64,000 nucleotides of DNA from Octopus vulgaris (Eukaryota), in NCBI GenBank assembly GCA_951406725.2, contig OX597816.1, forward strand, positions 70,184,001 to 70,248,000, in the 5' to 3' direction. Made by a program: the position numbers and the translations under genes. The first letter of the stretch is position 1; each line of letters starts with the position of its first letter. The notes below the pieces were generated by a model, which was given only the letters and a program-made list of their open reading frames with translations, searched no databases and was not told the origin of the DNA. Positions 1 to 14,366 of the stretch are shown here, piece by piece.

Positions 1-722
1 AAGAGATTTTCTATTTATAGAAATAGGGGTGAAATAAATGTCAGAAGTTATTCATAAAGAAATTCAAGTAGAGAGGGGGTTATAATACCCTAGAAGCTAT
101 TTACTATTATTTGGCAAACAGATTTTCTATCAAGAAAACAAGGTCAATGTCAGATGGTCACAATGACCACCTATATACCAAAAAGTTATAGAGAATACAG
201 AGATCCCTTTACACTTATATACATAAGTTTATACTTAGCTGGTAGGTGTTGATTATTTTGATACGTTGGATTAAAGGAGAAATTATAAATCTAATATTTA
301 TTCATTTTGGAGAAAAATCTATCATTTATAATGAGTAGGTATAATACTTAATAAACTGAGGACAAAAGTCTTATTAATAAAGTGAATATATTAGGGGTCA
401 AATATATATATTGGAAGAATAGTAACCAAGATGAATAATATTCTTAGGTTTAGTAGAAGGCGATTTATTTTTATGAAGAGAAGTAATCAAGATGAGTAAA
501 TTACTCAGATTTAGTAGATAGAGAATTGTTATTAAGGAATTAAATTATAGAATCTGTTAGACATAGTATTTACTATCCGCGGAGGAAAGCTAATTAGTTA
601 GGTAAAAATATCTTGGGTTAATGGTATATTAAGAAATGGAAGTGAGGTAATCAACATGAACTGAGTAGTTTCTTTAGGGACATAGGATTTATACTATTTA
701 ATATAGGAGATTATAAAAAAAA
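1..722. repeat. Inverted copy of 6101-6821, flanking the Penelope-like element; probably continues past the window edge
   Basis: Bases 1-46 (aagagattttctatttatagaaataggggtgaaataaatgtcagaag) are the reverse complement of about 6776-6821; the match continues to about 722/6101. Confidence 0.85.
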
Positions 723-842
723 GAGAATTTAATTCCAAATGTGCAATGATTTTTTTTAGTAATCTATGCATGTTGAATTAAAAGCTAGTATGGTATATTC
801 ATTCTTATTTAATTATAAAGTTTAGGAATGGTCACAATATTA

Positions 843-1154
843 TTATTTAAAATATTTAAATATACGGGATGTGCTATGTATGCAAGATGCTCCTAGTTCA
901 GAACAGTTATTTAACAGATTTGTATTATTCCTATGTTTTAAAATTTCATATGTTTCCATAGAACAAAGTTCACAACCATCTCTGCTATTTCTATAAGGCC
1001 ATGCTTTTCTTACTATATCCCATTTCAGGTTAAATTCTATATTATTTCTTTTCAGTTCCCAAATTTTACTAGACAATGATGTGCAACCTGCCTTGTGTTT
1101 AAGCCTAAAGGAGGAAAAATGATAGTTTAAATTGTTATATTTCGGAATGGTCAT
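843..1154 (-). mobile_element. Penelope-like element, C-terminal GIY-YIG endonuclease region (decayed)
   Basis: TSLSSKIWELK...LKWDIVRKA.PY....CELC..E...I...LLN..SEL...C.H resembles the C-terminus of PLE ORFs. Confidence 0.75.
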
Positions 1155-1639
1155 TTTGCCAGTTTAGCCAATAAAAACACACGCACTATATATTTGGTGT
1201 TACTTTGCTTCAGTGTTATTTATTTTTTACATTAATCTTAATCTTATTTCGGCCAGAGTTCTTTCGTCACACTCTTGTTTAAATGGGTTTTTTTTAAATC
1301 CACCGAACAACCGAAATAAAGATAGTTGTTATTTGAAGTCACTATTGTACATTTATAAATTAAATTTTGGATCAAACAGCGGCCAGATATCGAACATTTC
1401 GATCTAATCCTACAATTACATCGGGGGGGGGGGATAATTTCTGGTACTAGTATTATTTATGGATGAGTCGTTTTCATTTCCGTTACTCGAGTTATTATTA
1501 GTATTAGTGTTATTTCCTCTTACAGTAGTTATATTGTTATGTAACTAGTTATTAATCCATTCTCACTATCCTCATCTTCTACATTTTTATCTTTACTACC
1601 TATATTATTGATGTTATTATCACTATTTATACTAATGCT

Positions 1640-1649
1640 GTTATTATGA

Positions 1650-1738
<89 letters not shown>

Positions 1739-1782
1739 TTTTATTATTATTATATAATTATTATTAGCATTATTATCAATAC

Positions 1783-1849
<67 letters not shown>

Positions 1850-1868
1850 TTCATTATTATTATCATTC
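1640..1868. repeat. (ATT)n microsatellite at the 3' end of the nested LINE
   Basis: Seen directly in the sequence. Confidence 0.95.
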
Positions 1869-1869
1869 A

Positions 1870-4800
1870 GTAGTTTTATTTTTATAGCGTGCTTTCACTT
1901 CACTGTGTGCCTTGCGTATTTGCTGTGATTTGTTGTGATGCTTTGATTGTTACTGGATTGAAAGTGTTCTGCGTAGGATGTGTGCAGTGCCTAGTAGTGC
2001 AATTTTCTGTATGTTATATGTGTTTGTAAGTCCTGGTGTTTTTGTTATGTATTTATCTGAATATTTTTTTATCATGCCTAATGCACCTACTATGATAGTG
2101 ATTCCACATTCTGGTTACCTCTATTTCCAGGTCTTTGTATATTGAAAGTTTCACCATTTCTTTTAGTGACACTTTGTCATCTGCTGGTATTGATACATCA
2201 ATTAGAAAGCATTTTTTTCTTCATGATCTCTGACAACTATATCTGGTCTGTTGGCCTTAATTTCTCTATCTATGTGTATTGGCATATCCCAGAGTATGGT
2301 TGCTTTCTCATTTTCTGTGACCTTTTCCGGTGTGTGCCTATACCATCGTTTTTCTGTTGTTATTCCATAATATTGGCATAGCTTCCAGTCGTCTGAATAT
2401 ATTCCCTCTTAGCCAGGACTGGGCAGCCAGAGATAATATGATTTATTGTTTCTTGTCCATCTCCACATATTCTGCAGTTACTTGTAATATTTCTTTTCAG
2501 TACATGTGTTTGGTAATTTCTGATGGGGAGGGAGGCTTTGGTCTTGTGCTGCAACTAAAAATCCCTCTGTCTCTGCTTTGAGTCCTGAGCTTCTCAACCA
2601 TTGCTGGGATTTTTCTATGTCTATTTCTTTTGCATCTAGTTTAGTCCTGTATTTGCCATGACGGGACTTTTGTTGCCATCGTTTTATCATGGTTCGTTGC
2701 TGTTCTAGTTTTAGTTTGGATTTCATTTGTTTTATAGCTTTTGTTGTTTCTTCTTCTTCTTCTTCTCCTTCTCCTTCTTCTTCTTCTTCTTCTTCTTCTT
2801 CTTCTTCTTCTTCTTCTTCTTCTTCTTCTTCATATTGTTAAGTGGTATGATTTCTCGTTTGTATTTGTCAGCTTCCTTAAATACTGAGAATAGGTTTTTG
2901 TTTTGCTATTTGTATCAGGTTTCCTTGCTTCTGAAGTAGGTATTTTTACAGTCCTATGGTGGTTATTTTATAGTAGTTTTCCAGCTGTATAAGGCCTCTA
3001 CTATCTTCTATACGTTGTATATATAGCCTTTCTATGTCAGATTTTGGGTGATGCATCCTAGATTCTGTCATTATTTTTCTTGTTTTCCTAACTATTTTGG
3101 TCAGTTCATTTAGTGTCCAGTTATGGATATTGTAGCTGTAACTTATAACTGGGACGGCTAAAGTGTTAATAACTATTATCTTGTTTTTAGCATTGAGTTC
3201 TGTTTTTAGTATTGATCTAACTCGTCTATAACATTCTTTTCTCTTTCATTTGTGTGTGTTGTGTTTTATCTAGTTCATGGATTCCTAAGTATTTGCAAGT
3301 TTGGCTTTGGTCTAATTCTTTTATTTCATTGGTTTTATCTAGTGTGATGTTGCTACGCTTAACTAGTTTTCCTCTTTTCATGGTTACTTTGGCGCATTTT
3401 TCTTATCCAAATTTCATATCTATTTCTTTGGTGAATCCATGAACTGTCTTTAGTAGTGTTTCCAGCTGTTTGTCATTTGTAGCGTATAGTTTTAGGTCAT
3501 AAAAGGTGGCTAATCGTTTTGCCGTAACATTTATATCCGCGTCCAGTTCAATTTAGCAAATCAGATAGAGGTCAGAGTGCCAAGCAGAAAATGAGTGGAG
3601 AGAGCGTGTCTCCCTGGAATATTCCTCTTCTAATGTGGATGGCTTTGGTTTTCACGAGTCCCCATTTGTTTGAAGCTGTAGCACTGTTTGCCATTTATTC
3701 ACGCCTTTCTGTAGTCGATCCAGGCCATATTAAGGTCTTTCTTCTTTCTGTGGCTGTCTTCAGTTATGGCTTTATTGATCATTAGTTGATCTTTACAGCC
3801 ATATGAGCCTTTGCGGCATCCTTTCTGCTCTTCTGGAAACAGGTTGTTTTCGTCCTGGTGCTTGTTTAATCTTTGTGATAGTACTGCAGTAAATGCTTTG
3901 TACATTGTAGGGAGACAGGTTATAGGTCTGTAGTTTTCTGATTTTGCTGTCTCATTGGATTTGGGAATTAAGATGGTTTTCCCCTTCGTGAGCCATTCAG
4001 GCATTGTCTCTGGCTCTGCCAGTATGTTGTTAAGGTTTTCAGCCAGCTTTTTGTGCATTCCTGTCAGATATTTCAACCAGAAGTTGGGGATCTTGTCATG
4101 CCCAGGTGCCTTCCAGTTGCTTAGTCTTTGCAGTGCCTGAGTGACCTCTTCAGTTGTTATGAGGGTTCAAAGTTGCTCAGATGCTATGTTTGTTGTTTTA
4201 ATACTCCTTTGTTTTTGGTTGTTCATTCGCCGACCATATTCCTTTCCAGAATTCTCCCACTTCTGCCGTTGGTGCTTCAGTGATGTCTATTTTATTTTTG
4301 CCAAGTTCTTGGAAGAACTTTTTGGGGTTGGAGTTGAATTATTTGTTTTGTTCAAAGAAGCGTTGGCGTTTCTAATACCGGCGGATTCTTTGTGCTTTGG
4401 CAAGGATATCTTGCTTTAGTTTTTCTTTTATCTCAGGTAAATCTTTTTCTGTGATGTTGAATTTGCGCAGTATTTTTGTTTTCTTTTTGCTGCTTAGTAG
4501 CGTTGATTGTCTACTGACTTCGTTAAGAATCGACAGATCTTTTCTCATTTTTTGTATTTTCTTTTGGATGTTATTTAACCACAGGGTTTGTTTGGGTGGT
4601 AGTACTCCTGTTTGGATGGGTTTCAGCTTCTTCATGATCTCTGACAACTATATCTGGTCTGTTGGCCTTAAATTCTCTATCTGTGTGTATTGGCATATCC
4701 CAGAGTATGGTTGCTTTCTCGTTTTCTGTGACCTTTTCTGGTGTGTGCCTATACCATCGTTTATCTGTTGTTATTCCATAATGTTGGCATAGCTTCCAAT

Positions 4801-4935
4801 GTATGTAGGTCCCAACTCTGTCGTGTCTGTGAATATATTCCTTCTTAGCCAGGACTGGGCAGCCAGAGATAATATGATTTATTGTTTCTTGTCCATCTCC
4901 ACATATTCTGCAGTTACTTGATATATTTCTTTTCA
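1870..4935 (-). mobile_element. Non-LTR retrotransposon with a restriction-like endonuclease (R4/Dong-like), decayed and nested in the Penelope element
   Basis: RT motifs NYRPITCLPTMYK, EEQKGC, WIDYRKA and GIFQGD; C-terminal CRICG..ETINHIISGC..HRHD zinc knuckle and RPDIV endonuclease motif; flanked by AAT repeats. Confidence 0.85.
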
Positions 4936-4939
4936 TTAC

Positions 4940-6100
4940 ATGTTTTCATTATTATTATTATTATCATTATTATTATTGCTATTATTATTATTATTACCAT
5001 TATTATTGCTGTTACTATTTATTCTATCTCTAGCTAACTTTATATTTTTACTATTAAGTATAGCTATTACGGTAGCCATATTTGGAAGAGTAGAATATGA
5101 TATTCTTACTGATTTCTTAGAAATTATTTTATAATATTCATGGGAAGCTGGGAAGTTTTTTTCTGGTATAGACATAGATCTGCTGTATATATTCGTAGAG
5201 ATCGCCAGTTGAAGGGGATATTTAACCAAATAATATTTTTTCCTTTGTATTTTTTATTTGAGTAAGAGTGGGAAAGATTAATGTTATCTATATTCTTACG
5301 AAATTCATTATTCATTTTAGTCTTATATTTATGTTTATTAGGGTTTTTTCTTTGTGGGAGAGATTTTTATATTATTATTTACATTTATTTTATCTGGTTT
5401 AACATTTTCATATTTATTTGCGATCTGTTTACTATTTTCATTCATATTATTGAGTTTATATACTAGGTTCTTTTCTTCTATTGATTTATGTTTATTTTGA
5501 GTATGAGATTCTATATTATTTGAGCTATTTACATTCACTTCATCGTTTAAGAGATTTATGTTATCACGATCCAGGAAATCACCTTCCTGGTCGTATCCAG
5601 CCCTGGATAATGCAACATTATACTGATGCGAGTGAGAGTCAAACATTTCAATATTCAATGATAATTTTGAAATTCTCCGAGAAATATTTTTCACAATTCA
5701 TTTTAGTATATAAGGGGGGGGTGATTAGATAATTTGTTTACGTATTTGGTAACTTCACCTTCCTTTCTAAATAGGTGATATAACTTTGAATTTAAGTCTG
5801 AGGTAACGTCTAAAAAATTCACTAACTTGGTGTTATATTCATACGTAATACCTAAGTTGAAATCTTTGAAAAATTTACTAATTTTCTTTCTTATTTTCTC
5901 AATTTTTGATTTATTGTTACTAGGTACAATAAACAAAGCATCATCTCTATATAAACCTCCTTGTAATTCTGGGATTTCCCTACTAATGCATTTTAATAAA
6001 TACACCCCTACTAAATTAGTTCTCTCTGCCGAATCACTTGAGCCCATGGGTATGTCGAAATTATTTGGGGTATCAGCCCTAGTCCATAATTTTCCTTCAA
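4940..6100 (-). mobile_element. Penelope-like reverse transcriptase (frameshifted, 5'-truncated)
   Basis: FDIPMGSSDSAE..LVG, GLYRDDA, VNFLDVT, YVNKLSNHPP, IIWLNIPF and ISYSTLPNM motifs. Confidence 0.85.
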
Positions 6101-7111
6101 TTTCTTTTTAATCTCCTCTATTAAACAGTATAAATCCTATGTTCTTAAAGAAACTACTCAGTTCATCTTGATTACCTCACTTCCATTTCTTAATATATCA
6201 TTAACCCACGATATTTTAACCTAACTAATTAACTTTCCTCCGCGGGTAGTAAATATTATGTCTAACAGATTCTATAATTTAATTCCTTAATAACAATTCA
6301 CTATCTCCTAAATCTGAGTAATTTACTCTTCGTGATTACTTCTCTTCTTAAAAATAAATCACCTTCTACTAAACCTAAGAATATTATTCATCTTGGTTAC
6401 TACTCTTCCAATATATATATTTGACCCCTAATATATTCACTTTATTAATAAGACTTTTGTCCTCAGTTATTAAGTATTATGCCTACTCATTGTAAATGAT
6501 AGATTTTTCTCCAAAATGAATAAATATTAGATTTATAATTTCTCCTTTAATTCAACGTATCAAAATAATCAACACCTACCAGCTAAGTATAAACTTATGT
6601 ATATAAGTATAAAGGGATCTCTGTATTCTCTATAACTTTTTGGTATATAGGTGGTCATTGTGACCATCTGACATTGACCTAGTTTTTCTTGATACAAAAT
6701 CTGTTTGCCAAACAGTAGTAAACAGCTTCTAGGATATTATAACCCCCTCTCTACTTGAATTTCTTTATGAATAACTTCTGACATTTATTTCACCCCTATT
6801 TCTATAAATAGAAAATCTCTTTTCTCTCCTTTCAACTAATTATACTTCCCAACATTTTAGCAGTTCAAAATAAGATAAACTCTACTACCTTAATGTTCTT
6901 AAAATTCAAATCGACATCTTTGTCTATATATCTATCTTTTCTATAATGTTGTCAGTTAATATGAAAATTATGTATTAAAGGAAAACCTCTATAAATTGCT
7001 GGTGATTGCTCAACATTTTAAAACTGTTGTAATACTTACAATATTTAATAAAATGATGTAGCGTGAAACGATCGTACCAAATTACCGAAGATATTCTTGT
7101 TGCTTATTTTG

Positions 7112-7191
<80 letters not shown>

Positions 7192-8179
7192 TATTTCAAA
7201 TATTTATGAATGAAAAAGGGAAGAAAATGGAGAAAACGGCATACAGCCACCAGTTTATTCAATGATATTCAAATCTATATAATGAAATTCCTGTCCTATA
7301 ACCATTTCCATATCTAATTACGTCAATTACAGAAATTAAAATAATTTAATTTAAATTAAATTTTCATTTTGATTTCTGGTTACTTAGGTATTTCATTGGA
7401 GTTGAGAAAGAGAAAGAGAGATTGAAAGTGAGTGAGAGAGAAAGATGGTAGGGAGAGAGAGAGATTGAAAGCGACAGAGAAAGATGGGTAGAGAGAGAGA
7501 GAGAGCAAGAGGGCGGTAGCATTTATCAAGTTGTGCATGGGTTTTTTTAAAAATGCGTTTTTTGCCAGAAATGCGTTTCTATAAAAACGCACACTTTCAA
7601 AAATGCACACATATGGATCTGTCGAAGGTGAACCAACACGTTGAAATGTAAAGCCCTTTTGGAAAAATTCTCTCCTGATGAAGTATTCAAATAATTAGTT
7701 TCAATATGAAAATTTAAATTAAATTAATCTAATTTCATTTCTGTAATTAAACTAATTTGATACGATCTGATCGGTTCGAAGATTATCTACGATTACGAAT
7801 TAATTAAGGATCTTGTTTCCATCAACCGAAATATGTTATACAAAGAACGCTCATATGCAAAATTTATGTAGATTGAAGCTTCACAGAGTTTACAAACGTA
7901 TACGTAAGGATATAAGAAATGAAGTAACAACTTTATCACAATATTTGTTGTTTGTTCCTTGACGAGTCACGCCTGGCTCATAAGAGCCAGTTTCCCGGTT
8001 TCCTTGGCGTATAGGTTCCCCACCTGGACGGGACGCTGGTCTGTCGCAGGTGAGCTGCAAGATGCAGGTGAGCTGCAAGATGCAGGTGAGCTGCAAGATG
8101 CAGGTGGAAAGAGTGACAGAATGTTGTGGCGAAAGAGTCAGCAGAAGTTCGCCATTACCTTCTGCCGGAGCCTCTTAAG

Positions 8180-9150
8180 CCAAAATAAAAGAGGAAAGAC
8201 ATCCATGTTCACTGATTATTCTATTATGCTTAACATAATACGTGTCATAGAAAAATAGCTTAGCTTTCTTAATGGAAGCGGGCGGGAAAAAATAAAAATA
8301 GGAGGTTTCGGTTCCAGAAAATCTGGACATAATAGAGAAATTTAGATATCGGATCTGAAATTGACATCATAAATTTGGTAGGAATCATTAGGGTACATGC
8401 CTGTAACAACAAAAAAGTTGAAATTTGTTGTCTTGTGTTACACATTGATCTTATGCAACCATTCTTTACTTATTCACAAATTAGTATGGCCATTACTTTA
8501 CAATCTGTGGCTCTATGTACTTCATATATGTTCCATCTACAACCAAACGCCGGTATTTGAGCCTCGAAGTAAATGCTCAACCATCGCCATATTGCAAAAA
8601 CTAACTTCCTGCAATAGATTTGTCACTTTTACTTCTTGTACAGCGAGGTGTTCCCTTTAGACATTCATGTAGTGTGTTATATATTTCCACAGCAAGTCTA
8701 ATAATTGTATCCAGCACTGCCATTTTCTTATCTCCTTCGATTCGTTCATATTAATGATACAATGCAAACTGCCTAATCTTAATTCCACTGAATTTCAAAC
8801 ATCGAATGTTCTCTCCACGCCATTGTCTGATATGAATATCAAACACATATATCAAACTAGACTGGTCTCACCTACAGGTGAGAAAAGTATTGAGGCTTGT
8901 TCAAAATAATTAGATTGTGTTTCAAATTGTCCTCGAAGCTACAGATATCAACGTTTATATTTCAAAGACGCAGTCAATTTTTCCTTTGTACGTGTGTTAG
9001 TTTCACACATACTGCAAATTCAATCCTGATATGATAAATAAGTTTGGATTTCGTACACTCAGGTCATATAATCCACGAAGCTCTTGTTGAAATTGAAGTA
9101 AGCAAAATTTTAATTTACCGAGATTAGTTCTGAAAAGATTGAATAACTTC
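8180..9150. repeat. Paralogous intron-1 block of the peptide gene family, including the end of a DNA transposon
   Basis: Homologous to about 13430-14020, 26470-27400 and 44590-45360 (shared ctgatatgaatatcaaacacatatatc and ttaatttaccgagat). Confidence 0.75.
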
Positions 9151-9155
9151 CCAGC

Positions 9156-9220
<65 letters not shown>

Positions 9221-9407
9221 TAAATTCAAATTCATCAGGAACAAGGAACACAAATATTTACGCACATGCACACACACACACATTCAAACACACATATAGA
9301 TATGAGTGTATATATGTGTGTATACAAATACACATATACACATATAGATATGTATGTGTGTATATGTGTGTATACAAACACACATATATATATATACACA
9401 CACACAT

Positions 9408-9484
<77 letters not shown>

Positions 9485-9690
9485 GTATATGTATGTATTC
9501 CCTTATTTGTTTCAGTCACTTGACTGCGGTCATGCTGGAGCATCGACCCCCCAGGACTTATTGTTTGTGAGCCTAGTACGAATTCTATCGGTCGCTCTTG
9601 CCGTACCTCTAAGTGACGGGGCCGTAAACTCACTAGCATGGGTTGTCAAGCGATGTTGGGGGGAACAACCACAGACACACAAACATATAC

Positions 9691-9742
<52 letters not shown>

Positions 9743-9878
9743 GACGGGCTTCTTTCAGGTTCCGTCTACCGAATCTACTCACAAGTGGAGTGCTCAGCCA
9801 CTTGCACGTTAATTTCACAAGCAGGCTGTTTTGTTGATAGGATCAACTAGAACCCTCGTCGTCGCAACCTACAGTGTG

Positions 9879-9990
<112 letters not shown>

Positions 9991-10334
9991 ATAATAATAT
10001 CACGGTAATAAAGATTTTAGACATTTTTTATTACTTGTGGCCTAGCGTGTGGAAAAATTAGTCAATAGACTATATATTACACATATAAATACAGTGTACA
10101 TTTAAACACATAAGAGGTATCCGTCATTAGGATTCCTTTCACGCTAGAAGTAGGAGCTAAAGTCCAAACCACTATTAGGGATAAAAGCTCGAAGGGAATG
10201 AAAAATAAAAACATTTAGCATCTGTCTCCTGAAACCATGGTTAAACTTGTAGTGCTGTGACCCACCTTGGTCACCGTCTAATTACCAAAGCAAAGGAAAG
10301 ATTTTGGTACATAGATAGATAGATTGATAGAGAG

Positions 10335-10367
<33 letters not shown>

Positions 10368-10406
10368 TGTAGATATACATATGCAGATAGGAAAAATGAA
10401 ACTTAC

Positions 10407-10457
10407 TGGTCAGTGTTTCTTCTTACATGATACGTAATGGAACAATGTTCTTATATA
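10407..10457 (-). promoter_or_regulatory. Orphan promoter and non-coding exon 1 of the peptide family (copy 0)
   Basis: TATATAAG at 10457-10450 and a GTAAGT donor after 10407; the 50-nt spacing matches the complete copies; upstream 10490-10650 is homologous to 46200-46390. Confidence 0.7.
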
Positions 10458-10668
10458 GCAACCATACGCTTAGTTGTCACATGTATAACACGTTCCGGGT
10501 TGTTTATCACTTGTTTATTTCAATGAAAGTTTTATTATAAACCTTGAAAATAGTAATTATTGAGATCACATTTGATTTCTACCTCGTGCGAAGTGTGTCG
10601 TTTCCAGGCCAGAATACCAAGGTGAAGGAGAAATACCATTACATAGAGACATATCTACACATGCACGT

Positions 10669-10733
<65 letters not shown>

Positions 10734-12128
10734 GATATATATATAAATGCATGTGCGCTTGTATGTATGCGTGTGAGAGAGAAAGATAGGCAAAGAGAGA
10801 GAAAGAGATAGAGACAACAAATAGTGCTCAATACATAATTTTTCTTCATTGGAGTAAATATGACTTACTATTCCCTATAATGTCTACTGCAAAGCAGCGG
10901 TAAGTCAAATTTACAGCAATTAAGAGAACATATGTAATGGCCATCATTTACATCTTGTCTTGCATATATCACTCAGTTTAAAAAGTAGTAAAACTGAAAC
11001 ACAGCCACGGGTTTACAAAACAGAGTGGTGATGAATAATATCCAGAATGTTATGTTAAATTCTACGTATTACATTTACATAGCTGAGGGATAATCAAAGT
11101 TATGAAAAACTAGTTACTAGCCAAAGGAACAATCGGTAATCGAGGTTTTGGCCAATGAGGGATGAGAGCTAATTAATGTAGTTGAATGGAACGGAAGGAA
11201 TTATCACGTGACCGACCAGACCATCAGATGTTGCTACACATCGCTGGTCACAATGCGTTCGCATTGTTTTAGCCTTCGAACGACGCCACCCCGCTGGCTA
11301 AGCGAGCAAGCTAACAGAAGAAAGAGTGAGAGAAAGAGTGGGGAAAGAGTATAGCAGGGATCACCACCCCTCTGCCAGAGCTTCGTGGAGCTTTTAGGTG
11401 TTTTTGCTCAATAAACACACACAACGCCCAGTTTGGGAATCGAAACCGCGATCCTACGACCGCCAGTCCGCTGCCCTAACCACTGGGCCATTACTCCTCC
11501 ACTGGAAGAATTATAGCAGAATAAATTTTAGGTATTATTGGTGCCATAAACGTAATCGTAGTGAATATTGAGTTGTGGTCTCTTGGAGCAGACATGAATA
11601 GGAAGCAATAATACTGAAGAGGACAAACTGAGCTGAAAGGACTAGTTAAGGGAAATTATGAATATTTTTATAAAAATCATGTTATATACAGGAAATGCAT
11701 AAGATCATTCTTGTGTGAATTATGGTTTACAAATATCGGGCTACAAACAAGAGTAATTCTCAAGAAAAATTGATTCCAGTTATAAAATGCCTGCATCAAA
11801 TTAGAATTGGATGCAAAAATCAATTGTAATAAGTGTCATTATACAATTGTATAATTGTATAATTGTATGATTGTGTTTGTCCCCCCAACATCGCTTGACA
11901 ACCGATACTGGTGTGTTTACGTCCCCGTAACTTAGTGGTTCGGCAAAATATATCAATAGAATAAGTACTAGGCTTACAAAGAATAAGTCCTCTGGTCGAT
12001 TTGCTCGACTAAAGTTGGTGCTCTAGCATGGCCACAGTCAAATGACTGAAACAAGTATAAGAGAAAAAAGAGAAAGAGAATACAAGGGTCGAAAAACCTC
12101 CTAGCGAATGGGATAATAAACTTCCTAG

Positions 12129-12189
12129 CTTCGGTCAAGGGGATCGTCATGTATATTCCCAAGATGGTGAGAAAGAATGTAGAATTCAT
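12129..12189 (-). pseudogene. Signal-peptide exon of the peptide family with a mutated donor (copy 1)
   Basis: Encodes MNSTFFLTILGIYMTIPLTE; accgaag|CTAGGA replaces accgaag|GTAAGA; no mature-peptide exon seen downstream. Confidence 0.75.
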
Positions 12190-12978
12190 ATTGAACCTTC
12201 AAAATTTAAAAAAAAAACAAATATACAGATACATATGTAACCATATATATATAGACATATAGTGACTTTTATGCATATATAGGCAATATTTTTGGATGTA
12301 TTGTTCAAAGATATATAGGGCGTGACATAATTACTATCATAAGTAATTTGCCGATATCATCGATTTCAATTTTGAATATTAGAAATTGGTCGTCTAATTT
12401 CGATTTATATTCCCATGGATTATCTACGATTAAGAGATAATTAAGGATCTTGTATCCATGAACCGAATTATGATATGCAAACATTAATAAAAGAATTCTA
12501 CATGACCGGTGTATATTTACTACTTATAAACATATGTAGAAATAAGGCTTAACAGACTTTAAAAACGTATACGTAAGGATTTATTGGAAAATCTGATGAC
12601 AAATGCAGTAAAGACTTCATTGCAAAATTTCAGCAGCCTAACTCCAGTAAATAGTTTAGAAGATATTAACGGTTTACTAAGAATAGAAAGAGGTAGCTGT
12701 TATGACAATACCGCACAAATATTTTGGATACGTAAGCTTTTACATATATTTCAGATCACACCATAAAAGGAAACTTTCCGCTCAAGCGTCTGTGAGTGTT
12801 AAGCCACAGACACGGTCTTGCTGCTGCTATTACTAATACAACTATCACTTCTACTAATACCACTACTACAATTACCAGTACTACTGCCTACGAGTAGACT
12901 ACAGTTACCTACAACCACTAACACTGTTACTACTACAACTACTATGCAGCGTGTTATATATATTTCTACAGCAAACCA

Positions 12979-13200
12979 AGGCGGTGAGCTGGCAGAATCG
13001 TTAGCGCACCGGGCGAAATGCTTAGCCGTATTTCGTCTGCCCTTTAAGCTACGTTCTGAGTTCAAATTCCGCCTTTCATCCTTTCGGGGTCGACTAAATA
13101 AGTACCAGTTACACACTAGGGTCGATATAATCGACTTAATCCATTTGTTTGTCCTTGTTTGTCCCCTCTGTGTTTAGCCCCTTGTGGGTAGTAAAGAAAT
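12979..13200 (+). mobile_element. tRNA-derived SINE
   Basis: ggcggtgagctggcagaatcgttagc...gttcaaattcc head with A/B-box-like motifs, followed by a tcatcctttcggggtcga..aaataagtacc core. Confidence 0.7.
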
Positions 13201-14059
13201 ATGTATTTCATATGCCGTTACGTTATACTACTACTATAACTACTACTACACCTACTCTGTGTCTTAACTGTTGCAAAAATGTGAAACATTATCACCATAA
13301 ACCAAGACATTTTGAATTTCCAGTCTGCATTGTGTTCACATAGACAGATAAAGAAATCCTTTCATTACACTAGGCAACAAAGATTTTATTACAGAAGACC
13401 AACTAGGTGTTCCTAGTTAATTTCGGTATGCTGATTGTTCTCTTTAGACATTCATGCAGTGTATTATATATTTCTACAGCAACTATCCAGTTGATATATC
13501 AACATTTCTCCTGTGATTCGTTCATACTAAGAACATAATGAGCTGCCCAATCTTAGTACCACAGAATTTCAAACATATGATCTGTTCACGTCATTGTCTG
13601 ATATGAATATCAAACACAGATATCTAAGCAGAATGGTCGCACCTACAGACACGAAAAGAATTGAAGCCTGTTCAAAACACCATTGTGTTTCAAATTTTGC
13701 TCGGAGCTACAGATATCATAAACGTTTATATTTCAAAGATGCAGTCTATCTCAATTTAGCAAGTTTATTATATTCGTTCTGTGTTGGATTCACACATGCT
13801 GCATATTCAATCCTGACATGACACTATCTTAAATCTGTATTTCGTACATTGAAAACCTATAATGCACGAAACTCGTTTTCAAAAATGAAGCGCAAATGAA
13901 GTAAGGAAAAACATTTATTTAGCGAGATAAATTCTGCTAAGGCAAAATGAAAAACGTTCAACTAATAATAATATATCAGTTGAAATACATCCAGAACAAA
14001 GAAATCAAATAGCTAAGCACTCACGCGCGCACACACTCGTACACACACGCGCGCACACA

Positions 14060-14142
<83 letters not shown>

Positions 14143-14318
14143 GAGGGCATTATACATACATCAGAGGGCATATACATACATGCCACACGCTAAGAGGGAC
14201 AATTAGTCATTTCTACCAAAAATATTACTAATCCCACCGAATGCAATTTTTCAAAGTAAGACATTTAAAAAATATAGACCTGTATCACAGTGATTTCATA
14301 CTTACGTATGATACATCC

Positions 14319-14366
14319 AGGCCTGCTGATGAATACGTAAGTATGAAATCACTGTGATACAGGTCT
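14319..14366 (+). ncRNA. Minimal type I hammerhead ribozyme
   Basis: aggcctg CTGATGA atac-gtaa-gtat GAAA tcac-t-gtga TA caggtct: complete core with stems I, II and III. Confidence 0.85.
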
